Assembly (NCBI RefSeq): GCF_006345805.1
Contig: NW_021832531.1
Location: 310,001-374,000 of the forward strand
Reading direction: 5' to 3'
DNA: 64,000 nucleotides
Origin: Octopus sinensis
Lineage: Eukaryota
The position numbers and the translations under genes were made by a program. Under the pieces are notes generated by a model, which saw nothing but the letters and a program-made list of their open reading frames with translations, was not told where the DNA came from and ran no database searches. The stretch's first letter is position 1, and every line of letters begins with the position of its first letter. Shown in pieces: positions 1-12,327 of this stretch.

Positions 1-2327
1 TCCTCTGTGGATTGAATCAGCGTGAAGAGTAACATCCACCAAATTGGAATGTACTCCTCTCATTGCTTCCTTGCAAAGAGGACCCTAACAATGTAATTAA
101 TAAAAATACATCTTTCAGTGCCCAACAAAACCCAGCAATGCATGAATCTTTAATCTCGGATATGAACTGTGCCCCCTTTGTGCTGTCACACAACAAATTA
201 GCAATTTGAGGGTCTTCACCAAAACTCCAACAACGCCTCGATATTGAAGGATCAATCCCGAATTTCTCCAAATTCTTGGCCCTCTCCTTCATGTCCGAAG
301 AAAATATTAAACGCCCCTTTAATATAAATAAAAAAATACAGATTCCATCTCCTCTACCAAGTCGTCTGTCATCGCCTGAGAATAGACATAAAGACGATTG
401 TGCTGATTGGGCGACTTGGTCAGACGTACTTGCGACTTCTTTCTGCACGTCTCCCGATATGAGACCACCGGATCACTCTTTATTATTGGAATACACGCAT
501 GATCTTCCTCAAGGTCCTTCAGACAGATCTCCAAATGCAATTCTCCGGCCCCAGCAATCACATGTTCGCCAGATTCAGAACTAATGCACTAAACACAGTT
601 ACAAAAACAGACAACCTCAACCATCGGATCAGATTTCTTCAGCTTTATCAATCCATCTATCAATTTTGGCAAATCTGCCGTATTCTTCGGTGCCACTGCC
701 ACTCGGACAACAGGGGAGACACTGAACTTCATCTGTCGGATTGGAAAGCACTCAGCATCGTCCGACAGTGTGGCTGTTTTCATTATGTGCTTATCAATTC
801 CGACTATCCCAATTATATTCCCGGCAGGTGCCCCTGACAACTGCTCAGGATTCTGCCTTGCGCTCATCAAAACAACTCTGAGACTAAAACCAATTCAAAT
901 GCACCTCGAAATGACTTTGTTAATCTTGTGGCTCTCCGGATTGTCATTATTCGTGATGATCTTAACCTTCTGATTGGCATAAGCAGTCCCAGAATACACT
1001 CTCCCCATACACAAGAAACGCCCCTTGTCATATGGCACCATTTTCGAGATAAACAACACCAATGGGCCATTTGGGTCACAATTTCGTATTCCTACGCCTC
1101 AAATAACTAATCTACCAGCTGCGCACTGATCGTCCAAGTTACCAGTATAAAGCTGGTCAACTCGGTACTTCTGAGCAGTCACAGGCGAAGGAAGATGTTT
1201 GGCCACCATTTGAATTATAGTCTCCCCCAGCGGGAGCCACTTCCCCAAAATTTTCTTTAAAATCAATAAACAATACAACTTTTATCAATTGCTTTCCGCT
1301 TAGATTAGCATCATCAGCACTTATTTTAATTCCCAATTTATCGGCCATTTTTAGAGCCTCCGCGGTGTTTCCCTGGTTATTACACGCTTTAAGCAACTAC
1401 AAGTCACGTGATTCTAAAACCTGTCTGATCGGTTCAAAAACAAGACAGATTATACCCCTGACACCCTCATTCTCATTTTTGGTCCATTTTCCGTTAGGCA
1501 TTCGGAAATTATCACCCCAAAGACGTTCCAACATTTTTGCTTTGCTTATTCCAAACTTTTTTGAGTAATAATCCGCAATTATTGGAATTGTGAATCCCCA
1601 GCCTTGCAAAGCTGAGCCAAATCCGACATCTCCAGTGGTGATTTGTAGCTGCAGTTCATCCCCTTGATCGACATCTCCACATCCTTGAGAAATCAAGGCA
1701 TTGACGCTTTCAATAATCCTCAAAAATGAGTTATAGATCTCCTCCCCCTCCATGTTTAGGGTTATAAAAACGAGATCCAGTTTGTTCAGAAACAAAACAG
1801 GTTTCACTCTCTCCATCAGAGCCTGATTCAAAACGGTCTCTGTTTGCACACAAACTCCTAAGAAGAGTCCATAACCCCAAAAAACCAGAATTGCACTCAA
1901 CGACTACGACAGCTCCGTCGGTTACCCTCAAAGCTGCGGTCACTTCGCTTGAAAAATCAACGTGTCCTGGCGAGTCAATTAAGTTGATTAAATATTTCTC
2001 TTTGTTCTCATCTCCGTCAAGTCCAACGTCAAAAACTAAAGAAATTGCTCTAAATTGGGTTGTTGTGTGGATTTAGCTCACGTTGCTTTGATAGTTATGC
2101 ATCGATCCTGTTCATCCTTACGGGTATCAGTGTAGCGCATATCACCAGCTTTGTGGACTGGAATGATACCGCCTTTACACACCAAGGAGTCAGTAACAGT
2201 CGACTTTCCGTGGTCAACGTGAGCAATAATGGAGATATTCCTCACATACTCAGGTTTAGCCATTAGCTCTTCGATGTCTTCGACAGCAAGTTGTGGCTAA
2301 TAGGAAGTAACAAACAAATGGAACCAT
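1..2327 (-). CDS. EEF2: Eukaryotic translation elongation factor 2, divergent, multi-exon, 3' end beyond window start
   Basis: Spliced translation: ATG at 2327-2325, 28-nt intron 2297-2324, then [40 protein letters not shown] (G1), [50 protein letters not shown] (G4), [32 protein letters not shown] and [12 protein letters not shown] (diphthamide loop) at the window edge. Confidence 0.93.
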
Positions 2328-3179
2328 TTGTGTTGCACGCTAACTAAAAACGTGGATGTATTCTGAAATATGTTGCTTTACCAATATAAAAATATAAACA
2401 TTAATATTTTTTAATATAACTAAAATTTTTTAAAGGCCATCAATCCACTAAAAAATATTTTGCATGGAGAATATGGATTTTTAGTTGCTTAAAGAAAATA
2501 TTTAAAACTAGAAAACTGTCCACTATTTGGCAACTTTGTGTGGTAAAATGTTAAACAGTGATTATCTCTGAAAACACAATTAATTGTAAAGTGTATCCAT
2601 CTTCATTTGTGTCGTGTTTATAATAAAGAGGAAGGAAATAAAGAGGAAGGAAATAAAGGCTTACTTTGTTCAGTCTATTGAAATTCAAGTTAATAAGTAA
2701 GTCAATTATGACAGAAAAAAACGTTTAATATAACAAACTTGATATTTTTGTGTTCGACAAAACAAAGAAGGAAATAATTTTAGTCGATGTGGGTTATTTT
2801 CAAAAAGGTTGAAGTCGATAAATTGCAACAACTGGCAAATGAACTTTCGATGCTTTATGAAGCACAGGCGAAAAGTATTCCAGTGATTTTGACGTGGGAT
2901 AGAATTGTTTCAAAATGTTTTCCATGGATAAAAAAACCATCGAAAAAACAATAATAACTTATATAAAATCCACTGTAGTGAAAAAAAATTCTTAAAATTA
3001 TGTTAATTGAACACAAACATGAAATGAAGGTATCTGAATATAACTCTGGCGAACTGCTCGTGGATAATTTTCATACCAGATAATATTCCTAATTGCTTAC
3101 ATCATGATAATATATAGATTCAAAACAGTTCAAACAATACCGTTCAAGTCTTGATACCGTTCCCAATTACCAATGAAAA

Positions 3180-3420
3180 ATCTTCATTATGTAAAACCCT
3201 GCCGGAAACAAATGACGTGCGGTGAGCGACGGTAGGAGGCGGACAAATGGGAACTGGGCGAACAGATATTCTCCACCTATATTTGGATCCGGAAAGCTGT
3301 ATTAAAGATTTGGAGGCTAATGTTGATCAGCACGGACAGTTTCTTCTTCCGTGGTTTCTTAATTCGACTGGTTGTGCCGAGTTTGCTATGCTAAGCAAGC
3401 TTGGGGGTTAATAATAATAA
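3180..3420 (+). mobile_element. Possible 5'-truncated non-LTR retrotransposon 3' end
   Basis: GC-richer island in AT-rich DNA ending abruptly in a (TAA)n run (ttgggggttaataataataa). No diagnostic protein motif recognised. Confidence 0.3.
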
Positions 3421-3555
3421 TCTATCAAACAAACAATCTATACTGTATTCACATTGGTTTTAAATGATTTTTAAAATTTTATGAAAGTATAATTAGCTTC
3501 ACATGTTGGATAACAGGAAATTACAGAAGAAAGCAATTTTTTACTTACTCGAAAT

Positions 3556-3974
3556 CAGATTTATAATCTATGTAATTAGGATTGATTTCCATAAGCTGTC
3601 TCTATTAAAACAAGTATTTTTAAATAAGAGGGATGTCAAGTGATTCTATAAATTTTGTCTAGCAAAATTAATAACGTGCATAATTATTATTAACCAGATT
3701 TATAATCTATGTAGTTAGGATTGATTTCCATAAGCTGTCATTATTAAAACATAGTATTTTTAAATAAGAGGGACGTCAAGTGATTCAATCAATTTTGTTT
3801 AGAAAAATAAATAACGTGTAGAATTATTATTAACCAGATTTATAATCTATGTAATTAGAATTGATTTCCATAAGCTGTCATTATTAAAACATAGTATTTT
3901 TAAATAAGAGGGACGTCAAGTGATTCAATCAATTTTGTTTAGAAAAATAAATAACGTGCAGAATTATTATTAAC
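3556..3974. repeat. Tandem repeat, 3 copies of ~140 bp (unit A)
   Basis: Unit starting cagatttataatctatgt recurs at 3556, 3695 and 3835 and ends ...attattattaac. Confidence 0.9.
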
Positions 3975-4099
3975 GTATCGTCGATTAGGATTTATTTATA
4001 TGAATTACCGCGAATTTCTTTAATGGTTCAACCTCCAACGGTGTTTTTAATTCTTTAATTTGTATTATTTAGCATCTGGAAAAACTTTTAAAAGAAAAT

Positions 4100-4890
4100 A
4101 CAAATACGAGACCAGATATGAACTGGAACAGCGACTCTCCTCCTGTATTAAATTTTTTAAAACTTTTTTTAAGGTTACACCTGAGAGGAGAATGCACCGC
4201 ATTTCTTACTGGATAGCAAATACGAGGTGCAGTGCTTGAAGAATTTGGCAGTTTAGCGAAGCTCTGGGTTCGAATCTCACTGCTATCATTCCGGCTGAAG
4301 GTTCCATGCATACATGCACCCAGGATTGACGAGTGACGCCGTCATCAGTGATTTCACTGCGGAACCGGATGTCTACATCAGCCACAGCACGAGAGAAAAA
4401 TAGATGCGGGGGGACAGCTCGTTTGGATTCGTTCGTTTGGATTAGTTAGTTCCTAATAACATGTTCTCTCTTTCTATCTTGATCTTATGTGGCTGGCCAG
4501 TGCGAGATTTCACATTAAGTTGCGATCTTGCGGACATGCCTCTATTATTATTATTATTATAGCAAATACGAGACCAGATATGAACTGGAACAGCGACTCT
4601 CCTCCTGTATTAAATTTTTTAAAACTTTTTTTAAGATTACACCTGAGAGGAGAATGAACCGCAATTATAACTGCATAGCAAATAAGAGACCAGATATGAA
4701 CTGGAACAGCGACTCTCCTCCTGTATTAAATTTTTTTAAACTTTTTTTAAGATTACACCTGAGAGGAGAATGAACCGCAATTTTAACTGCATAGCAAATA
4801 GAAGACAAGAAATGAACTGGAACAGCGACTCTCCTCCTGTATTAAATTTTTCTTAAACTTTTTTTAAGGTTACACCCGAGAGGAGAATTC
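4100..4890. repeat. Tandem repeat of ~116 bp (unit B), interrupted by a SINE
   Basis: Core gatatgaactggaacagcgactctcctcctgtattaaa...acacctgagaggagaat at ~4100, 4561, 4677 and 4794. The short ORFs 4069-4311 and 4528-4773 are by-products of this repeat. Confidence 0.9.
4227..4558 (+). mobile_element. tRNA-derived SINE
   Basis: Flanked by a perfect 14-bp direct repeat ATAGCAAATACGAG (4213-4226 and 4559-4572). Pol III B-box GGTTCGAATC at 4267-4276, degenerate A-box-like GTGCAGTG at the 5' end, (TAT)n tail at the 3' end. Confidence 0.8.
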
Positions 4891-5334
4891 AAAAATGATT
4901 TGATTAACTTTTTGACTCCGAGAGATTTCATTAATAATAAATAATCTAATCTTTTTTTCAAATAAGATTTAATCAACACAAAGAGATAGAAGAAAAGCGT
5001 TAAGTCCCAGCGGCAAGGACAATAATCTAATCTTTATATCTAATTTCAAAAAGAGACTATATTAGCAAACGTTGAACGAGAAACTTTCCAGACATAAAGT
5101 CATCAATTAATCATTTAATAAAATAACGTAAAGCAAGAAGTTGGGAATGCACATTCTAAAAATTCCGTAAAGTTTCTGGAAATTTTAAAATCCTCAGACT
5201 TTTTTAAAAATTGAATTACAGAAAACAACAATTCTTTACATATTCTGTATGCGAAATGTTTTTAATTCTTAATACATTCTAAAAATACAATAAATAAAGA
5301 TTACCAATACAATGTAGTTTAATTCTCATAAGAG

Positions 5335-5745
5335 AACCGTCAAGAGATTCAATCAATTTTGTCTAGCAAAATGAATAACGTGCAGCATTATTATTAACGT
5401 ATTGTCGATTAGGATTTATTTATATGAATTATTGCGAATTTCTTTAATGGTTCAGCCTTCAACGGATTTTTTAATTGCTTAATTTATTTTATTTAGCATT
5501 TGGAAAAACTTTTAAGAGAAAATGCAAACAGAAGATCAGATATGAATTGGGACAGCAACTTTCCCCCTGTAATAAATTTTTTTAATTTTTTTAAGGCTTC
5601 ACCTTAGAGGAGAATCAACAACGATTTCTATGGCAGAGCCAACAGGAGACGGGAAATGAACTGTAATTGCGACTCTCCTCCTGTATTAATTTTTTTTAAT
5701 TTTTTTAGGCTTCTTTTGAGACGAGAATAAACAACGATTATCTCA
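5335..5745. repeat. Diverged second copy of the unit A / linker / unit B cassette
   Basis: 5335-5615 aligns by eye with ~3900-4195 (gtcaagagattcaatcaattttg...gtcgattaggatttatttatatgaatt...) and is followed by a further degenerate unit B copy. Confidence 0.75.
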
Positions 5746-5945
5746 AGCATCATTTAAAAGCTTTAATGAGAGAAAGCTAAATTATTTTTTATCCCTTTTC
5801 CTACTTCTTACTTGGTTGAGAGAATCTTTAGCGTTGTATCTCAACTCGTTACCAAAAGTCGAAACCGCTTAGACGTCTGAGAGAGGAGATCTACGACTTC
5901 GTCTTACAAACATAAAGCCAAATGTAGAAGAATTTGTTTCTAAAT

Positions 5946-6299
5946 TCATACAACGTCATTGTTCTTATTGATTGTTGTTATAAATAAATTAATTTTTTTC
6001 TTTTTGTTTCCATGTACATTTTCATGGTGGGCGATATTAATAAAAAGTTTGTTAAAGGGGGCGACAACAACAAGAAAAAGTTTGGGAAACACTGGCTTAT
6101 ATGCATTTGAGATTCTATGTGATAGTTTTATTGCAGCCTCGCAAACTTTTTTAAGCATGTCCAGATTTTCTGTAATATCTACCAAAAATGCAAAGTCTAA
6201 CAAAAAATTAAGAGATTTCAATTTTGGTAAAAATTTGTTTTTTGCAAACATAAATTGTTTGTTTTTTTCTTTTGAATCAAAAAATCTATTTAATACCAT
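5946..6299 (-). pseudogene. hAT transposase fragment (SPIN/GTF2IRD2-like)
   Basis: ORF contains FLLDFAFLVDITENLDML, resembling the DFAFLVDIT-x-HLN motif of this hAT group. No termini found. Confidence 0.55.
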
Positions 6300-6579
6300 A
6301 TCTCGTATTCACATTACAAGCACGGACCCATTCCACCTCAAAGTTATCCTACACACCGACAAAAGTGGTCTCTAAATATATGTAGCGTATAGGTTCTTGT
6401 TACTAATCACTTTAGGATAAGACATTTCCGTAAGGATTTTAGTTGCAGTTTGTGAAATATATTTATGTTTGCATTTGTATTTTAGTATAGGCAGAAAAAA
6501 TGCGTTTTATATGCAGGTTTTGCATCTCGTTCTATTTGGGAAATTTATTCTAACGAATTTTTAGATTTAAGTCAGACCA

Positions 6580-7460
6580 AATGTCTAAGCCGACAACAGA
6601 ATCTTAAAAATCATGAAGTTCAAAAGAGAGTGAAAAGCAGGGTTGACTAGATTGCAAGAACATTAAAGGAAGGCAAGAAAAGACGAAAAATTCAATTCCT
6701 TAAAGAACCGGCAAAGCAGTTTTCCCGTAACAAGCTATCGCAATAGAATTGGATATTCAGCAGCTCAAGGTAAACAAACAAACAGACGATCTCAACAGAA
6801 TAGTGATTTTAGAAAAATCCAGCACGAGTTCCTTTTCAACGAGAGCTTTTTTGATTTTTTTCAGGTACATTGACAAACCAAAAGTCTTTGGTGCATTTTT
6901 GATCTTTGTAACTGAAAAGTCTTTTCTGCTTACAGAAAGAGCAGAAAAGGATCCGTTGAAATTAGGAATATATTTGCCAACTCTGATTAAGCCCGTTGAT
7001 GTACAATCGTCATTCAGAACCATATCAAGTGTCCTCCCAAAAGTGACGACGTCCAAATAATAAAAAGAGGGGACCGAGAAGAGTACTATGCTAGATTCCT
7101 GTATTTGACCAAATAAGAAATATCTCAAAATTTAAGGCAGCTGGAGACGGATTAGGCAAGGTGGGAAATGGGATATAAAGAAGGGAAATGGATGTGAACA
7201 ATTTTATAAGAATAATCATGCCAGACTGAATTTAACGCATTTAAGACATAATGTTTAAAGAGAAAGAGAATTTTGTTTTGAAGAACAATGTGACGAATGC
7301 CATGAGCGGCCTCATTGCAAGCTCCGTTTCCGCCAACCCCTAGCTGAAAGAGTAGCAACAATTCGCTGACGGAAGGAACAATTCTCCGATTTTGGTAGGA
7401 AGTCTTTTGAAAACGTTGCTAACTGCCATGGGATAGATGTAGCGTTCCCAACTTTTTTTT
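6580..7460 (-). pseudogene. Degraded CRE-like non-LTR reverse transcriptase fragment
   Basis: QLGVGGNGACNEAAHGIR...LNALNSV (RT motifs of RLE-type elements) in ORF 7152-7361. YYLDVVTFGRTLDMVLND (YLDD motif mutated) in ORF 6757-7128. Multiple frameshifts. Confidence 0.65.
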
Positions 7461-7849
7461 GCATTTCCAGGATTTAATTTTTGATTAAAACAAGCGGATT
7501 CGAGAGGTTTCACTGTATTTTAATACCAAGCATTACAAGGTTAAAGTCTACTAAACACGATATTCTGAAATCAAGAGCAACAGAGTCCTGTGCATCTTAG
7601 AGAGATAATTACGCAGCGTCGGCCTATCAACCTTTAAGGTTGTAATCAAATCATAATGATAGAAGAAATTTGTGAAACTGTGAATCCTTAAAGCGTACAT
7701 GTAAAAATACTAAAACAGAGAAAATTTACAAATTTTACGAAAAACATCTATTTTTCCAACAAAAATCAGTCTATGCCGCATTTAAATTTATATTTTCCTA
7801 TTTGGCGCTAGAAGAAGGTTTTTCTCTTTTCTGATGAACTTTTAAAAGT

Positions 7850-8700
7850 AATTACATGACATATGAAAGTTTATTTTTATCATCATTTCAGCTTTAATGA
7901 GGTCAAAGTTAAGTCTGTTTCTACTGTCTGTTCAAAGAGCATTCATAATACTAAATAATCTTTCACAGTTTGCTTTTGATACTGAAATTGACAGAACATA
8001 TAATACAAAACGTTTGGCTGAGTGGCAAAAAACTTGACCCATATATTTAAAACATTACCAGTTAAGCGTACGAGTTCACTGCAAACTTTTCACAGCGTAG
8101 GCAATTCCTTATACAATTTATCGCTATTGATATTAATGCTCAAAAAGTGACAACAAAGGTGACCACTCATTATCAAAAGAAATATGGTTGTCTCCTTGAA
8201 AACGAATACTCATAATTATACCGTTTATGTACGTACGTATGCCAAACTGCGTTAGAAAAAATGGTAAACTTCTTACGTAAATTTTTGTCTGTCAAAAAAT
8301 TGAATTTTTCAGGCTTTAGAATTTTTACAGTATTTTGCTTTCATAAAACTTGTCTGCACGTCGCTGCTATAACTTTTCCTTAAAATTCGTCATTAATCCA
8401 TTCAGTTCTGTGGCGGTAGTAGTTTTATAATGGATTCTTCAAAAATATTCATCACGTTATTCCAATGCCACGTGATATCTTTGAAGAAATTGCAAAGTCA
8501 AGACATTGTTTCACGAATAGTCTATTGTTGCAGTCTTTACTGGTAAAGCTGTGATGATAAATTACGCCATGATAAATCGAAACTAGTTTGGCCAAAATCA
8601 CAAGATCTTCTTTACTAACCTTAACAAAAAACGTAGACAAAGTTTTATTCTGTTTTTGCACAATAACGGCCTTTTAGTGTCTTGTTGATTTGCAATCGCT
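7850..8700 (-). pseudogene. Internally deleted hAT transposase remnant
   Basis: N-terminal part LVSIYHGVIYHHSFTSKDCNNRLF...ISSKISRG (8452-8661) and C-terminal dimerisation domain SVSKANCERLFSIMNAL*TDSRNRLNFDLIKAEMMIKINF near 7850-7990, with stops. Confidence 0.65.
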
Positions 8701-8943
8701 ATAAACCGCAGATTTACTTTCCTATTTAACAAAAAACTGCAGTAAAATCATCAATTCAGCAAGATTATGCATTTTCTCTGCTTTTTAAAGCAATAAAAAA
8801 GCTTGCGGGGTTGATTAGTATTACTCAATAACGTGAATTATTATTTTATGACGACTTATGACGGCTGTTATAAACTCTCGCCTTACGACATAATAAAACA
8901 AAATTCTAGAAGAATAATTTCCATATTAGATCAATTTAAATCA

Positions 8944-9803
8944 TTATTTATCAACAAAAGGTTTTTTATCATTAAGTCGATCTTCAAAAGACTTGAAGGC
9001 CTCCTGACTAACCTGATCATCATTAACCTCCACATATATAATTATTAAAAGTACATCATCGACTGAGGTCACCTGAGGAATGTAGTACTGAAGCATCCTC
9101 TCTATTCCACCCTTTAGAGTGCTAGTCGAACTCGGACAGCCCACACAGGACCCCATAAGTCGTACGTGTACAGTTCCATTAACAAAGTCCTTTAATAAAC
9201 GATATTTTTTACAATAAATTCGATATCACCACCGTCTTGTTGGATAAATGGTCGGATCCGGGACTCAATTAGTTCTTTGATCATTGTTATTAGTTCTTCC
9301 TCTTCATCAGTTGAGATTTTTGAGTCCGTTTTTGGTATATTCTTTGTAAATAAAGGGGCTCCTGAACTGAAATGATCACTCAGAATTGAAAAAATTTCAG
9401 GCTTAAGAATTAACCAGTCGGAATCTTCAGTCTATATTAATTAATAATTATTTTAATTAATAATTATATATTTTTAAATTTTAAAATAAATTAATTTTAT
9501 GAAAATGAACCTTTGTGAGAGTAACAAAATCTGGGCCGTACATAACTCGAGAAATTCCATTTATTGTGAATAAATTTCTAATTTATTTAAATAAATAAAC
9601 CTCGCCAATGCAGAGATAACCCAGTTTTGAGGATTATCCGCAGAGAATTCCCGTGGATTTGAATTATCAGAAGAATCTAGCACAGGTTGTCCTATGTGGA
9701 AAATTAATGAGTCGGGATTGGGGGTTGATTTTGTGGATATGAAGAAAGATCTTGTTAATAATTCAATTTTTAATTTTATGTTTGATAATAATCGTAATTT
9801 CAT
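8944..9803 (-). CDS. NFU1: NFU1 iron-sulfur cluster scaffold (mitochondrial-type), multi-exon
   Basis: Basic N-terminal leader [18 protein letters not shown], then [40 protein letters not shown] and the NifU-domain CxxC motif [22 protein letters not shown]. Short GT-AG introns. Confidence 0.9.
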
Positions 9804-10643
9804 CTTAAAAATTAATACCAAATAAATAACCACTAAAAACAGCGGCTATTTCATTATTGTGTTTTCATAAATGTTTTATTAATTATTTTATATTTAATTT
9901 TTTATATTAATACTTACTTTTTTTGTAGCTAAAGTTTAAATAAATTATTTCACTAGACTATTTTAACTGAACTATTTTTACTGTTTTTCTTGTTATTTCT
10001 ATTTGTCGATTATGGTTAACCTCTTGTTCCTTTAATGACGGAATAAAGCTTTTTTATAATAATTATATACTCTCTCCATATCAAGGCCATCTCCGTCCTT
10101 TGTATTTTAAAGAATATGTTTTTAGACCTAAGTACCTTTTTTTGTATTCCACACGTCTATTCTCCCCAGCCTACTGTATGGAATGGAGGCGTCGCACTAC
10201 TCAAAGCAATACTAGAAAATCGTGCTGAAATATGATAAAATACGGCCCTGAAACTAGCCTACCAAATAGATCTACGCGATTCTGTTTCCAACTGGGGAAA
10301 GGATAAGTTTCCGATGATAAGCAAGTAATTGAAGATTCAATCTGGACTTATTTATTGACTTAATTTTCCAACAAACCCTGACTCCCGACAAGATTCTGAA
10401 CGTACCTCAGAAGAGTTCGATTTTCTCTGCAATTATCTCTTTTATTCCGTCAAAGTATTGTCACTTTCTTTGCTTTCTTTAAATAAACCTGCACTCATTT
10501 ATGCGTTAGTGACAATAAATTTTATACAGAATTTTTAAATTGTTTGAAATTGTTAATCATATAGAAGAATGCCGAATTGTGACTATATTAGATTGGATTA
10601 CTAACTTCTAAGATTTTAAAATCTATTTGTTTAAAACACACTA

Positions 10644-11896
10644 CAGTATAACCTCCATTTGGGGCATCAATTTTGAAAAATTGCCCCAAAAATAGAGGTT
10701 TCCCCAAAAATGGAGGTCTGAAATTTTCTTTATTTTTATAAAAATTTAATAAACATACTGAAGGACCATACCGACATGAAAATTGTCCATCGAACCTGGA
10801 GTCTCTTGTAGAGGCAAGTGGAGGGATCGTGGAGATGGACCACAAGCATTTCACCGTACATACAGAAAGTGTGTGGGGTCACGGTCTGAACATCGTGAAA
10901 AGATGGCTAGACTGTTGAGAAGTGTCGGAATCACCTGAACACGTTAGTTAATGGTTAAGACGGTGATTCTGTTTTTGGCTAAATAATAATAATAATAGTT
11001 TTAGCATATTTTTCATTATTTATAAATAAATAAGTATTTTTAAGAACATTTAACATGTTTTCCACTAATTTTATTGATAATTAGAGTATTTTTCAAGTAG
11101 AAAAAAATTTTTATTCTATTACACGAAAATAATCTGTTATTTTGTTTCCTGTTGCAGATTTCTTCATATGTATGCCCAATATTTTTCTGAAATTGTAATA
11201 GTCTTTTAACGCATCGGGAAACAAACGGTGAATATTCTCTTCAAGGTATTCATTGCTGTTATCGTGTCCAAGTGTGAACAGTTGCATTCAGTTTGGTCAT
11301 ATATTGACTCATCATTATTTTCTTCTTCATTTTCAGCAATTACGTCTGCAATTATCGTGTCCAAATTTTCTTTCTCACTGTTAACTAAAAAATTTGAACT
11401 AGGAATCTGTTGCCGACAGTTATTAATTGTTTCCCAACAATTCGTTATTGTTTCAGGATTTAAATTTTGCCATGTTTTTCCAACAATTATTATGACATGA
11501 CGACGTGACACAGCGCCTAAAAACTTACATTAATAAAAAACCTTTACTAATTTTGTACTTATCTACAATATCTCGTTCAGTAAGATGTTTATTTTCACTT
11601 AATTCCTTGGCAATTTTGATCTTTAACTCAAGACTAAGCTTACGAGCCATAAGAACAAGAATACAAAAATTACACGAGGCTTCCAAATGAAATTTTATAT
11701 AATTAATTTTAATTTTAATAGCAAATATGTATATAAATTAAAAATCCTGTGCCCCACTTAGAGGTTCCGGTAATTTCTAAATTTGGAAATTACCGCATAA
11801 AAATTATATCCTTTTCAAACTACCCCAAAAATAGAGGTTTCCCCAAAAATAGAGGTTCCCCAAGCCAGAGGTCTGCCCCAAATGGAGGTTATACTG
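10644..11896 (-). mobile_element. pogo/Tigger DNA transposon, internally deleted
   Basis: Perfect 23-bp TIR CAGTATAACCTCCATTTGGGGCA at 10644-10666 and 11874-11896, TA on both flanks. CENP-B-type HTH remnant (LSLELKIKIAKELSENK...YKISKG) and DDE_1 C-terminus (KTWQNLNPETITNCW). Confidence 0.9.
10750..10997 (+). mobile_element. Probable 5'-truncated retroelement 3' end nested in the Tigger
   Basis: GC-richer insert inside the AT-rich Tigger 3' region, ending in (TAA)n at ~10982-10997. No TSD recognised. Confidence 0.4.
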
Positions 11897-12327
11897 TATT
11901 ACTTTATAAGCCCTGAAAATAGATTTGGATCGATAAATCTTAGCATGCAAGCAGGATTTTCTGCGTACCTAATTTACGAAATGAAAATTTTAATTTGTGA
12001 TTTTTCAATGAATAAATATGAGAAATCAATAAGATTTGAGTTACAATTTTTTCGCACCTAAATACCGAAAATATTTAGTTTATACTACACGAGAATCAAA
12101 ACATTGATTACTTAATACTCATTTTAATATATATTTCCTAGACTAGCCATCCTAAATCCGAAATTACTTCAAAGGCATCAAAAGTAAAAAAAGATATTGC
12201 ATCGTTAGAATTTTTTTAAAACACAAGTTCTACATTTAGTTACTACTATTTAATCGTTAGAATAAATAGTTAGAATTGATCCCCGAATTGATTAAATAAA
12301 ATTAAAAAATCATTAAAAACTACAAAA

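Noticed and set aside
4227-4290. Possible tRNA gene
   Set aside because: Only the B-box is good. No convincing cloverleaf or acceptor stem is visible, and it sits in a TSD-flanked, tailed insert, so it is a SINE head.
4069-4773. ORFs 4069-4311 and 4528-4773 with a repeated NWNSDSPPVLNF peptide
   Set aside because: They arise from the 116-bp satellite unit. The unit length is not a multiple of three and the copies shift frame.
10080-10560. GC-richer, possibly element-derived stretch upstream of NFU1
   Set aside because: No recognisable protein motif, terminal repeat or tail was found.
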